In this document: positions 13,262 through 25,105 of the stretch, piece by piece
Layout: each line of letters opens with the position of its first letter
How positions within the stretch are numbered: the first letter of the stretch is position 1
Assembly: GCA_964035575.1 (NCBI GenBank)
Contig: OZ037845.1
Span: forward strand, 868,001 to 932,000
Length of the DNA: 64,000 bases
Source: Rhynchopus sp. YZ270_cl-10
Lineage: Eukaryota
Direction: 5' to 3'
Translations under genes and position numbers: made by a program
Notes under the pieces: model-generated
Told to the model about the DNA's origin: nothing
Database searches by the model: none
Seen by the model: only the letters and a program-made list of their open reading frames with translations

Positions 13262-13395
13262 TTTGTGTGGTGAGGGTGGTGTTGTGGTGTGTTAATAATC
13301 TGTGTTGGGTTGGTTTCGTTGGTGAGCAAGGAAGGGCGAGAAGTACTTCCTCTCAAGACACAGGAGACTTGATGTGTTTCGAGGCAGAAGAGAGA

Positions 13396-13482
13396 TCAGA
13401 GGTGTCCTAAGGTATTGTAAAGCCTATTCGGGCATCGCTCGTGGAGCTCCGACTGGGGCGGCATATCAGTGGTTTTCATCAC
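13396..13482 (-). ncRNA. box C/D snoRNA family S2 copy
   Basis: Same boxes and guides as 12025-12111. Confidence 0.9.
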
Positions 13483-13560
13483 TTCCGAAGCTGCAGTTGT
13501 GTGTTGCATCGTGGTGTGATGTGATGTGGTGTGACTTGTGAATGTGCACAGGTTGTGGAG

Positions 13561-13653
13561 TCAGCTAGGGGCGAAAGAAAGACCAACCCTCATATCCTCC
13601 TGAGAGGTGTATTGGGAGCAGCTTGCGGTGCTGCCAAGAAGTTTTGTCATCAT
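13561..13653 (-). ncRNA. box C/D snoRNA family S3 (snR60/SNORD80-like LSU guide)
   Basis: AUGAUGA...UCUUUCGCCCCUAG-CUGA; antisense to LSU UAGGGGCGAAAGA; the D+5 rule gives the second G (yeast Gm908-equivalent). Confidence 0.88.
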
Positions 13654-13712
13654 GCTCGCTGTGTGTGGTGTCATGTGAAGTGGTTGTGATCAAAAGAGGA
13701 GAGCAGCAACAA

Positions 13713-13810
13713 TCAGACCTGTTGAGTTTGACATAATTTTTCAAGCCCCACCGAGGGTGCCGTGACTTTATTGGCCACCTCTGGCCGAATGGTCGTGTTT
13801 TGTGCATCAT
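13713..13810 (-). ncRNA. box C/D snoRNA family S4 (LSU CCUGUUGAG guide)
   Basis: Variant box C AUGAUGC; GUCAAACUCAACAGG directly before U-CUGA, antisense to LSU CCUGUUGAGYUUGAC. Confidence 0.85.
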
Positions 13811-13836
13811 GTTGCCGTGTGGAGACGGAAGTGTGC

Positions 13837-13914
13837 TCAGCAAGATATGTTAAGGTAGAAAGGTTTTGGTTTCAACAGCCGAGGCTTCAATCCAAATGCC
13901 AAGTTTATCATCAT
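13837..13914 (-). ncRNA. box C/D snoRNA family S5 (snR13-like LSU guide)
   Basis: AUGAUGA...GGCAUUUGG-A-UUGA(D')...CUACCUUAA...CUGA; antisense to LSU UUAAGGUAGCCAAAUGCC. Confidence 0.82.
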
Positions 13915-13975
13915 CGGGTGGAGAAAGGAGTGTGCTGTGCTGTGCTGTGCACAACAGCATGTGGTGGAGAGAGGA

Positions 13976-14040
13976 ACATCTGCACCCACCTAGACTAGGG
14001 ATAGAGCGCACATTACAGCACCTTCCCTGTGCGGGCGGCG
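13976..14040 (-). ncRNA. candidate single-hairpin AGA-box (H/ACA-like) RNA, family H1
   Basis: Lower stem CGCCCGC/GUGGGUG, pocket, upper stem AGGGA/UCCCU, AGA 15 nt from the pocket top; lies between C/D snoRNAs; 3 copies. Confidence 0.6.
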
Positions 14041-14077
14041 GTTCAACTTCAGAGCAAGAGACAGCAAGCAGTCGTAG

Positions 14078-14174
14078 TCAGATGGCTGATCCTGCACTTT
14101 GAGACTCATAATCTATGTCAACACAGGACACGCCTTGCTGGGGCGTGCCTTCAGGAGTCATTTAAGGTCATCAT
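14078..14174 (-). ncRNA. box C/D snoRNA family S6 (guide to SSU rRNA 5' end)
   Basis: AUGAUGA...CUGA(D')...GCAGGAUCAGCCA-U-CUGA; pairs with SSU UGGUUGAUCCUGC. Confidence 0.85.
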
Positions 14175-14570
14175 GAACGTGTCTTCTGAGTAAAATCGGC
14201 CAACAACAAGAACTCATGAAAGCACCACGGGAAGACCACAAGAACAACACAACAAAAGCATTCCCCCTTTTCTTTTTGATAACATCTTGTCTCTAACTAT
14301 TCTACCTACGCTGTCTACAACGCGTACACCTCTAGCAGTGGTACAACAGATGTGTGCACAGACACCATGCAGCACGTAGTCTCTAATGTTCACCCCGCTC
14401 CCCCTCCCCCCTCAATGGGCTCGATATTTTAACATTTTTTTTTTACAAAGGAAACAGCAAAGCGCCCCTTGTGATGTCGTTCTCGACATCGTTCAAAGAT
14501 ATTTTTTTTTTTGTGAAATGAGACCTGAGCCTCACAGTAACATTCGGGAAAATGAAAAAAAGGGATTGCT

Positions 14571-17500
14571 TTACTTCGGTGTCCTCCCCTTCTTCCGAAT
14601 AGGGGGTGACATAAAGCTGTCGTACAACTGCTCTCTCTCTGCAGGAGGTAGCTGTGGTGTCTCCACCTCTAGAGGCATATTTGGGGAGATATGACGGTTT
14701 TCACGCATCACTGCACGGCTGGCGGTTGGTGTAGCCTTGCGGGTTGCACCGACACTGGAGGACCTGCCCTTCACACCACCACCTTCACGCTCCAACAACG
14801 AATTCACGGTGGGCCTACTGTCCTGCGGGCGAGCAGGGGTGATAGGTTGAAATGTACGTGCCGCCTGAGTTGCTGGTGGTGTGGACGGCCTCTGGACGGG
14901 CTCTGCAGGACGGCGATCCTTCAGGGGTCTCTTTGCTGCCCTAGGGTACAACGGCGACGCAATGCGCCTCTCTGGTGCCACCGCAGTCGGACTCCTGTTC
15001 AGTGTGATCCTCTGCAACTTGCTCTCCAACTGCGCAATCTCTGCCTTAATCGACAATTTATCCAACACAGTTGGCGGAGTGTCCAACACATCCTGCTGTC
15101 TCTCCCTCCCCTCCCTCCCTGGGGAAATCTCCTTTCGATCAAACAACGGTCTCGTCACTGTCGCTGGAGCAATAGGAGATACTGCGAGGGGTGGTGACTT
15201 TGCACGTCTGATTTGAGGCCTCTCTGCCTGTGAAGGGGGTGCGAAGACGCAGGGAAACTGTTCCAGTGTTGCGTCATCTGGACGGAACCGTGCTGCAGCC
15301 GCACCACAATGCAGTTTTTCCAGGGGTGTGAAGAAGTTTGCGACAATCGAGACCCCTGAGGTGCGAAGGTCTTTTAGCTTCTCCTGCAGGCTGCGCAATG
15401 CACCAAGAATTGAGCTGACATCCGCACTCTTCCGCTTTGCAGCAAGAATGGGAGGGAGCGTCTTCTGCACCTTGGTGATATCGGTGTAGAGCGCCCATAC
15501 TGCGTGGACCAGCTCGGCACGGGTTTTGGAAACAAAGTCGCGTTCCTCTTCTGCGCGCGTCTTTGGGCGTTGGAGATCATGCAATGGGTGCTGTGTACCA
15601 TGCGCACCTAATGCCGTGCGTAAGAGGCGAACGTCTTCTTCCAGGGCACAACGCAGGTTGCTTTCGTCGCCAAGACGCATTTCCATTTCCTGTAGAATGC
15701 TTGCCTGCTGTTGTCTTGCTCGTGCACAGGTTTCCATATGCGAAGCGTGCTCCTTAGCAAGGAGGCTTGCCTCCTCCAGTTTTGGTCGCAGCACCTCAAG
15801 CTGGCGGCGCATCTCAGTTTGCACTACATCTTGTTGGTTGATTGTTTCGATGAGCGACGCGTTTTCTTCTAACACCTGGCCTTCAACGCTTCGGGCCTGC
15901 AGAAAAGCGAAAAGGTAAAAAAAAAAAAGGTACAAAACAATAACCACACCTTATGCAGCTGATCCTCCAGAACCCCCACCGCAGCACTCATTTCCGACAT
16001 TTCAAAGTGTTCCTCAGCCTCCATCGTGCTGATAGCGCTTTCCAAGGCCTAGATAGAGAGGGTAGAAATTACAAAATAAAAATACAAAAAAAACTGTATA
16101 CCTCATTTTTCAGCCTCAACTCGCGTACCGTTGACCGCGCAAGGCTGAGCTGTTCTTCTAAAGCATGGACAAGACCTTCTTCAGATGGGAGGTAATCCTC
16201 TTGCTTGCTCTCTTCGAGAATGGAGGTAGGCAGTCGACGTGCAACATCTGGGTCTTCAGAGCAGTCTGATTCTGGGGTTGGCGGTGGTGGTGATGAGGAT
16301 GCGTGGGAAGGCTCCAGCAACGGAGTAGGGTTCTGTGCTGCGCGCAGGGCTGCAACCTCCTCGCGACTCGCCTTATGCGCTGTCTCCAGCCGCAACAGAT
16401 CCTCTGTCACCTTCTGGAACTCACGTCGGCAGTCCCTCTCCCTCTTCTTGACCACCTCCAGCTCTGCCTCCACAGCCACCCTGCCCTCCTCCACCATGGG
16501 TGTCAACCTCCCCATATCCTCCCGAGAGGAGCGTTCATTCTCCTTCAGGATTGCACGAAGCTTCTGCGCCTCTGCGCGAGCTTGCAGAAGGTCGTGCTCG
16601 GTGTGCTCCCTCTGAAGATTAATCTTTTCGACGTCCTGAACAAAGGGAGGTTGAGAGGGAGGGAGGGCGTGTGTACACATACCATTCTCGCCATATGCAA
16701 GGTGTTCTCAAACTCTTTGCGTTGCTGCTCAATTCGTTCTTTGGTGAGTTCTTCGGTGGCTTCGATGGCTTGGGTCCACTTTTCTGCCATTTCATCACGT
16801 TCACGGAGAAGGCTTGCAACACGACCTTCAACGTCTGTTAGCTGGCTTTCGGAGTTTGCAAGCTTTTCCGCGAGGTCTAGGTCGGTCTCGTTAGCTGGGG
16901 TAGGTGCAGTGGCGTCGTGCACAGAGGTGCGTGCCGCCTGCAGCTCCGCCCTGAGCTCCTCCAGCAGGTGTGCCTTCTTGGCAGTGTCTGCCTGCAGCAT
17001 GACAACCTCCTCAGAGAGGCGCAGCTCGCTGTCCTCTGCCCTGCGTACTCTGATGCGCTCTTCGTCTAGCAGTGTTTGTAATGTCTGAAGATTCGACACA
17101 GACGCAGCCAGCTCTGCAGACAGCGTGGTCGTGGTCACCTTAGTCTTGGACTGTGCATCTGCTACCCTCGAGTCTGCTGCGCTGGAGAGGCTTGCCATTT
17201 GAGCGTGCGCAGCCTCAGCTTTGGTGTGCGCCGCTTGAGCGCGGGCTTCGGCTTCGTGGCAACTGCGTCTGGCTTCGTTTGCTTCGTGGGTGAGAGCAGC
17301 GATTCTGCCTTCAGCAGTGTGCATGCGGGTCTGTGCATCCGCCATGGCACCCCTGGGGGAGCCGTCCACAGCGCGTAAGGTCTCCCTTCTTGTCTCCTCC
17401 AGTTCGTTGGTCAGACGCTCAAGGGCCTGTTGGAGTTCTGTGGCGTGCATGGCTCGCTCGCTGTGGGCGGCCTCCGCTTCAGATCTGCGGAGGACTGCTG

Positions 17501-20500
17501 TGGCCAAGTCTTGCTCTGATTGTCCTGCCTTCGCAGACGCAGCAGCTGCCCTCCCCTCTGCATCGGAGAGACGCAGTTCAGTGTCCTCAAGCTGGCTGCG
17601 TACAGTGCGAAGTTGCAACGAAAGCTCTGTGCAGCGGCGTTCTGCGTCCCGCATTGCAGCGAGATCGCCTTCGCTTCTGCTGTGCGCTTCGTCGGCTCTG
17701 TGCTCTGCACGCTCCACTCTTTCACGCAGGGACGTCAACTGCTCTCCGTGCAGCGCCTTCTGCCGTTCCAACGCTTGCGAATCAAACACTGCCTTCGCGT
17801 TTGCCTCAGACGCTATAGACTCTGCCGATGCTGCACTCCGGATGGCCTCCTGCAGCTCCTCGCGTATCGCTTCTGCACGCGCCGTCGCGCTTTCCGTTCT
17901 TGCCTCTGCCTTGGCAACCCTTATATCCGCCTCTGTGTGCACATGAGACAACTCCCTCTCTCTGCTCCCTGCAGTCGACTGATAGTGTGTCTCCAGCTTT
18001 TGCAACTCTTTCTCCAAAGCACGGCAACGCTCCTCCGACTCCTGCAGCGCATCCTCCTGGTCAGACAGCACACCACGCACGGAATCATCAGGATCGCCCG
18101 TTGTGAGGTGGGCCTCCATGTTGACTGCCTTCTGCTCTGCTTTGTCCGCACGCCGGGTCACCTCCTTGAGAGAGTCTTCGAGGCGTTCTATGCGTTGTGT
18201 GTGCTTTTGGAGAGCTAGCTCTGCTGCTGCGGCTTCAGCTTCGAGCTCTTCGACGTGTCGTGCGTCTTTGGGGTGTGTTGGCTTTTGGGTGCGTCCGTCC
18301 CGTTCTTGTTGTTGTTGTTGTTGAAGCTGTTGCTGGAGGCTGTGGAATACTTTGTCCTTCTCACGTCTCTCTGATGCGTGGTGTGCCTCCGTTTCATCCA
18401 AGTCGCGATGTGCTTCTGTCAGGTTCCGTTCTGCCGTGGCGGCACGGTCCTCTGCTTCGCGTAGAGTGGTGTGCAGGTCGTGCTGCGCCTCCTCAAGGCC
18501 TGCCTTGGCGAGCAGTGCAGCTGCCAGTTGCTCCTCCTTCTGTTGTAGGAGGCCCTGCTGTGCGGCAAACTCAGTCTCGGCAATGGCCAGCTCCTTCTCC
18601 AGCTGGCGGGTTGTGGAGCTTGAAGTGGTGTCTTGCTGCACAGAGCTCAGGGATGCTTGCGCCATGGTGAGATCGGTGCGCATCTGGTACTCAGCCGTCT
18701 TAAGCCCCGCCACCTCAGCGTCCTTCTCCTCAAGGGCCTCCTTTAACGCAGTGCACTGTGCTGTGGAGAGGTCCAGCTCGGCCTCGAGAGAAGCCTTCAT
18801 GTCGGACATAAGCTTTTTCTGCCGTGCTTCGGCCTCCTCGCTGTCGCGTTGGCAGTGGAGAAGCTCGTGTTTGGTTGTGTCGAGCTCGACCTGGAGGTCC
18901 GCCATGCTCTGCTTCAATGCGTACACTGTGGATGCTGCTTCTGAGGCATTGCTTCTGGCCTCACTGAGGTCCTGTCTGTGGCGTGCAATGTCTTGCTCCT
19001 GTTGCTCTGTGGTGTCGTGGAGGGTCTTGACCTGCGCCATGGCCATGGCGTGCGCACTGTTCTCGACATCGGTGGATGCGACTGCAGCACGATGGCGGGT
19101 TCTGCTAGCATCAAGCTCGTCCCGCATATCGGTGAGCTGCTTGCGGAAGGAGGCTGCTTGGACGTCGGTGTCGTGGGCCTGCGTTTTGAGGGCCTCTGCG
19201 AGGAGGGTTTCGCGTTCCTGCGCTTCGAGAGCTTTTTGCTGAAGGCTGCGGAGGTCACGTTGTGCAGTGTCGAGGGCGACGTCTGAGGTGGTGAGGAGAC
19301 GCTGCTTCTCTGCGATGGTCGCGTCTGCTTCGGAGAGGAGGGAGCGCAGCTCGGCGACGATCTTTTGACGCCTCGTGTCGGAGTCCTGCGACTCGGCAAG
19401 TGCGTTGGCAAGCTTGCGGCGTGTGCGTTCGAGCTCTGCCTCCATGTCAGACGCCTGCGACGCAGACTTAGCAGCATTGCAATTCAGCTCAGAGGAAGTC
19501 GCCTCGCTCTCCCGCAACGACGCAATCAATGCCTCCGACGCCGCTGTTGCGTCTGACATCTGCCTCTGCACTGCCCTCAGCTCCACCTCTGCTGCTCGCT
19601 GCTGTCGCTTCGCCTCTACCGCCGAAGCCTCTGCCTCCTCTGCTGCCGCACTACGCGTGGCCACCACCTCACGCAAGGCATGCATCTCTGCTGTGTTCAC
19701 CGTCAACGTCTGCCTCGACGCCGCCAGCTGTGCCTGCATGGTACGCACATCCTCCCTCGCTTTGTCTTCATAGGCAGCCTTCCCCTCCACATCAGACTGC
19801 ATCACACCCAATGTTTGCAGCGCAGTGTCACGCTCTTGGACAGCTGCAGCAAGCTCGACGCCAAGCGAAGCTGCCTCCCTCCGCAAGGACAGCACCGTAT
19901 CCTGCAAATCCGCCTCACTCTCAGCAAGCTTGTTCTTCTGCTCCAAAAGCACCCTGCGCTGTGTCTGCACATCCTCCAGGTCTTCTTGCACATCACGCAG
20001 GCGTTTTGCCTCCACTGCGAGCGAGGCATCAAGGTCGGACCTGGTGCGCACATTGTCACGACGGAGGGAGGCAAGCTCGTCTAGGTGGTCCTCACGCATA
20101 TCACGGATCTGACGGGTGGCGTCTGACACTGCACGCTCTAGAGTGTCGGTGCGGGTCTGCATTTCGTGCACATTCTCCTCTGCCTCCATTGCAGCAGACT
20201 CCAGGGCACGGCGGATCCTCTCTGAGGTAACCCGGTCTGTCTCCAAGGCAGCTATCTTATCGTCCAGCCGGCTTGTGTGCTGGTGTGTTGTTTGCACATC
20301 AGCCAGCTTCTTCTGCACTGCCTCCAACTCCCTTTGCGAATCCTCCGCCTTCGCCTCGGTGACCTCGATGATACCTTCCAGACGATGAATAGCGGCAGCA
20401 GCATCCTCCATTTCTCCTTTATTCTTATCAAGCTCAGATCCTGCCCGCATGCGGCATGCTTCCAACGCTGTGCGTGCTTCTACTGCGTTTGCATGCTCGC

Positions 20501-23306
20501 AGGCGACATCCTTTTGTAGCAACACAATGTCTTCGGCAAGTTGGTCCCTCTCCTCTGTTGTCTGCGCTAGCTCTGATAAGAGGTCGTCCTGCTTTGAGGT
20601 ATTCTCTGCTTGGTTCTTCCATTGGAAGGTTTCGAGGCGGAGGAGGTCGGTGGTGACGGAGGCTTCGGCAAGGTTGTCCTGCAGGATGTGCATGAAGGAG
20701 AGGAAGTGCTCGCAGCGTGTCTGCGCCTCGCTTGAGGTGATCAACGCTGCGTGGAGGGTGGCATCGTGCTGGAGGAGGTTGAGATCGAAGAAGACGTCCT
20801 GTTGGAGTTGACGGTTGTCACGGAATCTGCGAATCCGTTGCACCGAAGCATCCGAATGACCAGATGCACGCAACAACTTTGCATCCGCCTCCTTCAGATG
20901 CCCCTCCAAAGAAGCAGTGTACGTCTGCATCGTCTCCACATCACACGAAGCATCCTCCAACTGCTTTTCCAACACCACAACCCGCATACGAAGCTCCTCA
21001 ATACGAACATTCGCTTCAGGTACATCTGTCACCTTCAATGCCGCAAGATCCGCAACGTGAGACTCACGGAGGGCACGACATTCGTCTCTTTGCATTTGAA
21101 ATGCGGCCTCAAGGCGTTCTTCTGTGTCAATGGTATGCGCAGCAAGCTCTGCAGTAAGCTCATCTATGGTATCCTGCTTGAGGGCAGCGACGCGCTTTAG
21201 GTCATATGTTGCTGCTGTAGTAGTGGCAAGGAGGGTTTGGGTTTCACTGCATTCGTTGGCAAGGCTGCCTTTTGTAGACAGTGCAACATCGAGACTGCTC
21301 TGAAGCACTGCCATCTCTTCCTTCAATCTATGTAACGCAGATTCAGAGGAATCCAACTCCGTCTGCAGATGTCTCGTTAAGAGCTTTTCATTTGCAATGT
21401 CTTCCTTCATGTCTGCCATGCGTTCTTCAAAGTGGAGCCCCTTAGTTGCCATGTCTGCTTGCAAATAGGATGCCGCCTTTTGATGTGCTTCTTCTGTGTT
21501 GGCTTCGCGTTTGAGAGCGCGGAGTGCAGCTTGTTCACCGTCTGTTTCTCCTTTTGAGGTTTCTTTGAGGGTGCTGTGCTCATTTTGTAGTGCGGTGTAG
21601 TCGGTTTGTAAAGCGTCGTATTGAGCTTTGGTGTGGAGGTGTTGGTTGCGTTCGATGGTGTGCTGATGTGCCTCAGCCTGCAGGGAAGCTACCTCTGTGC
21701 GTAGGGTTTGCGCGGTCTCCGTCTCGCATTGCAGTGCCTTTCTTGCTGCAGCTTCCATAGCGGTAAGTCTGGCCACCTCATCCGCACTACGTTGGGTCTC
21801 CTCAACAGCCTTCTCTGCCCTCTGCAGTTCACCCTGCAACGTTTCAATGTCTGCCTTGCCATTCGCAACACATTGTTTTAACGTATCCACCTCTACACGA
21901 TGTTCTTCACACTGAGCACAAGGCTCCTTTCGAGGTTCCGAAACTGCCCTCCGAAACTTATCCACAAGCTCTCTTTCGGAAAACGCTCTGAACGCCTCAG
22001 AATGTGGTTGAAAGACTTCCGGAATGGTGTTCAAGGTGGTTACTCCATTATCTGTCAACCCCCAGAGGGTTCGGGTCATGGTGAAGCCAAAGAGTTTGAG
22101 GGATGGGATAGGGGTTGGGGTGTTGATTTTGGTGATGAATGCGGAATCTTTAATCCCATAGACTGATATAGATGAGTCAAGCGACGATGCAAAGAGATGC
22201 CCTGCCTGCCGGAGAAGCGATGTGATTGGTGAGGTATGTCTACCTCTGTGGACCACTGTTGCCTTTGGAGTGTCATTAGGACAGCGCACCACATCCCATG
22301 CTCGCACTGTCGCATCCTCTCCAGAGGTCCACATCGTTGCTCCTCCCGCAGAACGTTCTATAGACCCAATCCATCCGTCATGACCATTTACCTCACACAG
22401 AACGTCACCTCCATCCCATACCCTCAAACACCCCAAGGCATTCCCAAATACTACCATGCGTGGTGTCGCTGCCAAACAGCATATCTTACCCCCGTCTGCA
22501 GGGCACGTCTTTAATATCTGTGGAGGTTGCGTGCACATTGCTGTCACAGCCCCGTCTGCACACCCTGCATACACCGTTGAGGCTCCATCATAACACAACG
22601 CAGTGACATCTGAGACCAGAAGAGGGACGCGGTTGCTCAGAACTGTGGGGTCAATTACTTCGATTCCCTTCGCATAGCCGACCCACACCCTAGGCCCATT
22701 AGAGCCCTCAGTAGGAAGAAGGGAAGGGGTGTCAGAAGGCACATAAAGAAGTGCGGTTGGAGAGGCCTCGGTGACAACATGGCGTGGTGCGGGTATTTCA
22801 GCGTCGCTTTGCATGAAGCCTTCTGCAGAGGCGAAGACAGCGATGTCCTGTTCTGCGGCTACCCATAGCTCGGTACCGACCACTGCAGCTGATGGGGAGG
22901 AAGAGGAAGAACCATACGCAAAGCTTCGGCGCTGACAAATCTCTAAGATTTCCGACTCTTTAGAGATAAACCGCTCCACCTTTGGAGTTCTTTCGTGGAA
23001 TTCGTGTGTTTCTTGAATTCTAGGGAATTCCTGTTTGCATGCAAAGATCTGCGGGGTCCTGGCAGTGGGGGTGTGTGAGAGGTACATCGAATATTCGTGT
23101 TGTGTTGTGATGGAGGTGCCAGGTGTTCCATCGGGCGTTCCGGTGAGGAGTTCGAATGAACGTCCTTCAGACCATTCGTCCATTAGATATTGTCGGATGG
23201 AATAAAAGGAGAGCACATCAATTTCTTCGCTGCTTATGCATAAGGTATCTGCGCTGACACCGCCATCATCTCCATTGAGCAGGACCACCTCGATTAGGTC
23301 GGTCAT
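14571..23306 (-). CDS. large protein (~2860 aa): N-terminal WD40-like propeller, long coiled coil, Pro/Arg-rich tail; 4 exons
   Basis: Exons 23306-16683, 16635-16102, 16048-15950 and 15896-14571 join in frame through GT-AG introns of 47, 53 and 53 nt; GHDGWIGS...TVRAWD WD motif; heptad-rich middle. Confidence 0.85.
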
Positions 23307-23676
23307 TGTAGAGAAGAGAACGGCTTTCCGTACCCTCTGTGGTTTGCGTCAAAGGTTAAAAAGAAAAAGTGGAATCAAAAAAAAGGTGTTTATGGCATGT
23401 TTTTTGGGCAATTTGTTTTTTTGTGTAGAGATGAGCTCTGTTGATGTATGTGTGTTTATTTAATGTCTCCATCAATCCCTATCGAAGCGAGGTGTTGATA
23501 CCTATGAGGCTATGAGGCTCTGATAGAAGGTAGGAAGGAAATAAGGTTGCAAGCTAGGAGGTGTGAGTGGAGCTAGGGGAGCTGTTGGGGAGAGAAAAAA
23601 CAAAAGGGGGTGCAAGTGATTCTGTTTTTGTATTTCTAAAGAATTGTTATTTTTAATGTAAAAAGGGGAAGGGGAT

Positions 23677-23678
<2 letters not shown>

Positions 23679-23716
<38 letters not shown>
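23679..23716. repeat. (GA)n microsatellite
   Basis: Direct inspection; forms a polypyrimidine tract on the transcribed strand. Confidence 0.9.
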
Positions 23717-23718
<2 letters not shown>

Positions 23719-24900
23719 GAGGAAGGTACGAAAAAGAGGGAAATTTGCTTATTCCGCAAACAGAATTTGCGGTAAAATTGTTGGTAAGATGGTCCTAAGC
23801 CTCGCGTGCCTTTTGCCATCTTTTAAAAGAGAAATTTGAGAAGATGAACTGGTCACTTCGAGACACTGTAGATCTTCAAAGAAAAAAAACGGAAAAAAAA
23901 TGTGTCTTAATTTAAGTCTTTCCACAAATCCATCACTTTCCCCTTTCTTCTCTCTCTCCTTTTTGCAACGAAATATATTATTACCTCCCCCTGAACGAAC
24001 CGCATCAATATTATGCCCCACCCCCCTTATACTCTAATATACGTACAACCCGATTATTTGCAGTGTCGACTCCTCCACAAATTTTTTTACAACGGGTTTT
24101 TTTGCACGTTTCGTGTAAAGACATTACCACAAGCCCACCCTAACCCCGCACGCTCATTCCCTTACGAACCTGAATTGTCAGACGGCTCGCTCCAACAATG
24201 GTTCACTTTTTTTTTATATTTTTACAGTGCTCCAAATATTGGCGTCCAAAAAAGGCACCCAAAAAAACCCCCCAAAAAGCCACCAAACTTATTTGGACGT
24301 CAAGTTTCAAGGAGTACTGTAATCTGAAGAAACGGACAAACCAATCGCACAAAGTGGTCACCTCTCCACTATGTCTGTTTTTTTCGTGGACTCCCGTTAC
24401 CCGTGTGGGGAAAAGAAAGGTGTCGAAATAAAAAGAAAGGTTGGGTAAGATGAGTTCACACCCCTTAACGCTGAGCCACTTAACAAAAGAACGGAGTTGA
24501 GTAAGATGAGTTACAGCTTCTCATTGCTTCACCTTTCCCAAACGAAAAAAAAAAAGAGCATAAAATTATTAACACTGCCTTCAGGCTTTGTTTTTTTTTA
24601 GATAAACTTATTGAATTTGCGAAGCGTGAGGATCGATCCATTCTCCCCCAAAGCAACGGTACAATATATCAACAAGAAAGCAAGGCAAAGTCTCACAACA
24701 CTATTCAGTGTTCTGTAAGGGGTTCTCAGCCACATGGACGATTTTCAAACTCCACAAAAAAGGTTGAAAAAGTGCAAATGCCTCACCGGACACCGGTGGA
24801 CGCAGGCTCAGGCTCAGGTTCTCCGCGAAAGCATACCCACAGAATAAACCATAGCCCCAAAAAAGGACACCAAAAACCGTTATCGTATTAAAGAAAAAGT

Positions 24901-24944
24901 TTGTAAGATGATCCTAAGCCTCTCGTGTTTAGTCACCCTTACAA
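24901..24944 (-). repeat. dispersed ~40-nt hairpin motif, family A (type copy)
   Basis: TTGTAAGATGATCCTAAGCCTCTCGTGTTTAGTCACCCTTACAA; about 16 related copies across the window in one orientation. Confidence 0.8.
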
Positions 24945-25105
24945 TATTAAATTATTTTTTTTGTAGTTATTTTGCGTTTTTTAATACCCCATTCCCAAAA
25001 AGACCACACAACATGACGATGAAGCACACCTGGCAAGGCATTTCTCCCAATATCGACAGTTATTAATTTTTGGTGCATTTTTCTCTTCTTTTTCCCCTCT
25101 AAACC

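Larger units (their letters stand above)
11141..14182. repeat. segmental duplication copy A (chromodomain gene + GST + snoRNA cluster)
   Basis: Near-identical to 38544-41477 and 37625-38454. Confidence 0.95.

Noticed and set aside
12004..14182. rRNA gene fragments or spliced-leader RNA repeats
   Set aside because: rRNA matches are only 9-15 nt and sit next to D/D' boxes; no SL exon sequence recognised.
23784..23822. GGTCCTAAGCC in family A resembles a twister ribozyme loop; UGA/GA resembles a SECIS or K-turn core
   Set aside because: No twister pseudoknot partners or P1/P2 visible; the helix is too short for SECIS and the GA pair is not conserved among copies.
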